Of a stretch of DNA of 64,000 nucleotides, positions 61,575 through 64,000 are shown piece after piece. The stretch spans positions 6,820,001-6,884,000 of the forward strand of contig NC_043023.1 of assembly GCF_006345805.1 (NCBI RefSeq). Direction: 5' to 3'. Source of the stretch: Octopus sinensis (taxonomy: Eukaryota). Each line of letters opens with the position of its first letter. Position 1 is the stretch's first letter. A program made the translations under genes and the position numbers. The notes under the pieces are model-generated. The model saw nothing but the letters and a program-made list of their open reading frames with translations. It did no database searches and had not been told where the DNA came from.

Positions 61575-61794
61575 ATAAGAAAAGGAAAGATCCAGAGAAG
61601 GGAAGACGGAGGAAAAAATTTGCCAACAGTACACATGCGGTCACATTTTGAATGACCAGAAGGAAATGGGTGAAGAAAAGTTCTTTCAAAGTCAGGAGAG
61701 TGCAAGAGGAGGTATGTGTGTGTAAGTGTGGATATGTGCGTGCGCAAAGGTTTGCGTGCGTATGTGTGCAATGATAACACGTGTGTGTGTGTAC

Positions 61795-61839
<45 letters not shown>

Positions 61840-62067
61840 TATAAATAAGGATAAGATCGTTAATTCAAAAATAAAATAATGATTTTATCAAGTGGTCAGC
61901 AAGGAAAAAATAACCTTCATAGGTAATAATTATTAAAATTATAATTTAGGTGGTTTTAAAGTCAGATTATGGCTGCTATTTTCAGCATGGTGGTATCTTG
62001 TAGACACCCTAATTTATAATTTTAATGATTATATATATATATATATATAAATTAGGGTGTCTACGAG

Positions 62068-62099
<32 letters not shown>

Positions 62100-62576
62100 G
62101 TATATATATATATAAACATACAGGCTTGTCCTTTACAGGTGCCAGTGCTACATAAAAACACCCCTGTCGGTGTCATGCAAAGTGCACGCGCCATACTCTC
62201 TAGAGTGGTTGGCATTAGGAAGGGCGTCCAGACATAAAAACCATAACAAAAGCAGACAACTGGAGCCTGGGCATCTGCCCGGTCAAGCAGCTCCATGTCA
62301 AACCGTCCAACTCATGCCAACATGGAAAACGGACGTTAAATGATGATAATGATGATATATATGTGTATCCATATGTATGAATACATATACATACATACAC
62401 ATATATATATACATCTAATATAGGATTAAATTTTACGAAAAAAATTTTATCAATGGCCAGCATATTAAAAAATACCTTTAAAGGTTAAATTTATAAACAA
62501 CTTATAAACAAGGGTAAAAGAAAAAAATTCTAATGCAAAATATGCCGAAAATAGACAAAATGTCAATAACCATATA

Positions 62577-62701
62577 ATTTATCACTATTAACATGCGTCT
62601 CAAAGTAAGCCGACAGAAATTTCTAAAACATTCCATTATTACCGTATTGGTCCCAATTTCAGGGTTAATTCATAAGAATTTTCTCCTCGTCAGTGATAAA
62701 T
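62577..62701 (-). ncRNA. Hammerhead-ribozyme-like motif with a long stem II insertion (degenerate)
   Basis: atttatca CTGACGA ggag...cttt GAGA cgcatg TTA atag tgataaat; 8-bp stem I, GAAA changed to GAGA. Confidence 0.45.
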
Positions 62702-63647
62702 ACGTAAGACATAAGTGAAATACTCATACCCTAGTTTTATATATATATATCTTTATATACATAAAACTGAGAATGTGTGTCTGTCTATCTGTCTGTGTGT
62801 TTCCCTAAAACTTGAGAACTACACAAACAATTTCATTCAAATTTTGTCATCGGCAAAAAAAATTTTGAACTTTTTGCCTAGGGCGAGCCCACAGCAATAT
62901 CATATCTTCTCCACTACGATTCCCTAAAACTTGAGAACTACACAACCAGTTTCATTCAAATTTTACACATGCCTTACTTAGGGTCCATGTAGTTTCATGG
63001 GCAAAAAAAATGTTCAACTTCTTGCCTAGAGCGAGCCCATAGCAATATCATATCTTCTTCACTATTTCAGTATTACGTGTTAAAAGTGAAACAAAAACGT
63101 TTCTTTATTTTATGTCAAATACTTTCACTTTAACAATAAAAATAATAATAACAATTGAATTATATGTAGTAAGTAATAATTAAAATCAAACTAAAGTATA
63201 ATATAATCGTAACATAATAAAAGTAAAAATAGCAATTGGTATAAAATTGCATCGATGACTTGAACTTGAATAAGTGGTTTCACATGAATGGGAATAAATT
63301 AAAAATAAAATTAGCGTGCAGAAATGGAATAGTCCAGATGGATAATAAAAAATTAAATTAAAGAAAATACTATTGTCTATAAAGTATACAATGTAGAGAA
63401 AAAAGAAGATTTGAACAAATGTCTGAAATCAATTTTTTGCGTTATTAGTAAGTTGATATATATTTCTGCTCTCGTACTATTATCTCTGTTATTATATACT
63501 GTTGGTCTACCTGTTTTTGTCTATTGTTGTCTAACGGACGAAGTAGGCCTTCGCGCGAAGACTTCGCGTTGGTGTTCCCCCCTCAGTGGGGGAAAACTAC
63601 AATTAATTTGGATTTACCAAAGGCTTGTTAAAGCCATTTGTTCAAGA

Positions 63648-64000
63648 TGGAGTCCCCCATCTCTTATTCGCCCGTGACGAGCGAGGATGAATACCCGGCG
63701 TTGTCGCCAAGTAAAAAAGAGGCGTTGTCGCCAAGAAAAAAAGAAGCGTTGTCGCCGAAGAAAAAAGAGGCGGCGTCGCCCAAGAAAATGGAAAAACCAG
63801 TACCAGCATCAACTCCAGCAAAAAAATTCGCTGAAGTGGCTGGGAAAAAGATCAAAAAAATAAATATAGAAAATTTAAAAAATTTGCAGACTGTGTAAAA
63901 AAAGAAGGCACAGAAGTGACTGTGGCCACAAACATACAAATACATGACGATATAGAAAAAAAAAGAATAATATATAAAACTTACGACACAACGAAAAAAA
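63648..64000 (+). other. Start of a Lys-rich ORF with tandem SP(S/R/K)K motifs, probably a retroelement ORF1/gag-like N-terminus; frameshift or stop near 63896; runs off the window
   Basis: MESPISYSPVTSEDEYPALSPSKKEALSPRKKEALSPKKKEAASPKK...KKFAEVA, preceded by a CpG-rich leader. Another frame stays open from about 63891 to the window end. Confidence 0.4.

Overview
AT-rich, repeat-dense eukaryotic DNA. Its tRNA-derived SINE families and microsatellites look like an octopus (coleoid cephalopod) genome; this is inferred from the repeat content. One host gene can be rebuilt by hand on the minus strand: a 10-coding-exon SLC9B/NHA-type (NHA2-like, CPA2 family) Na+/H+ antiporter at 56873->30601. All its introns are GT-AG with compatible phases, and the CDS is 1686 nt (561 aa). 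The rest is mobile or repetitive DNA: a 5'-truncated, very AT-rich Penelope-like retroelement (RT thumb plus GIY-YIG endonuclease), CR1 and RTE LINE fragments, mariner and piggyBac derivatives, non-autonomous Helitrons and a HINE, two probable solo LTRs, dozens of SINEs and three minisatellites. The most notable hidden signal is about ten minimal type-I hammerhead-ribozyme-like motifs (CUGANGA...GAAA-palindrome-UH). They sit in several unrelated short non-coding repeat families, often in fold-back or tandem arrangements, and one canonical copy lies downstream of the Penelope-like ORF. Repeat boundaries are approximate and no database search or folding program was run.
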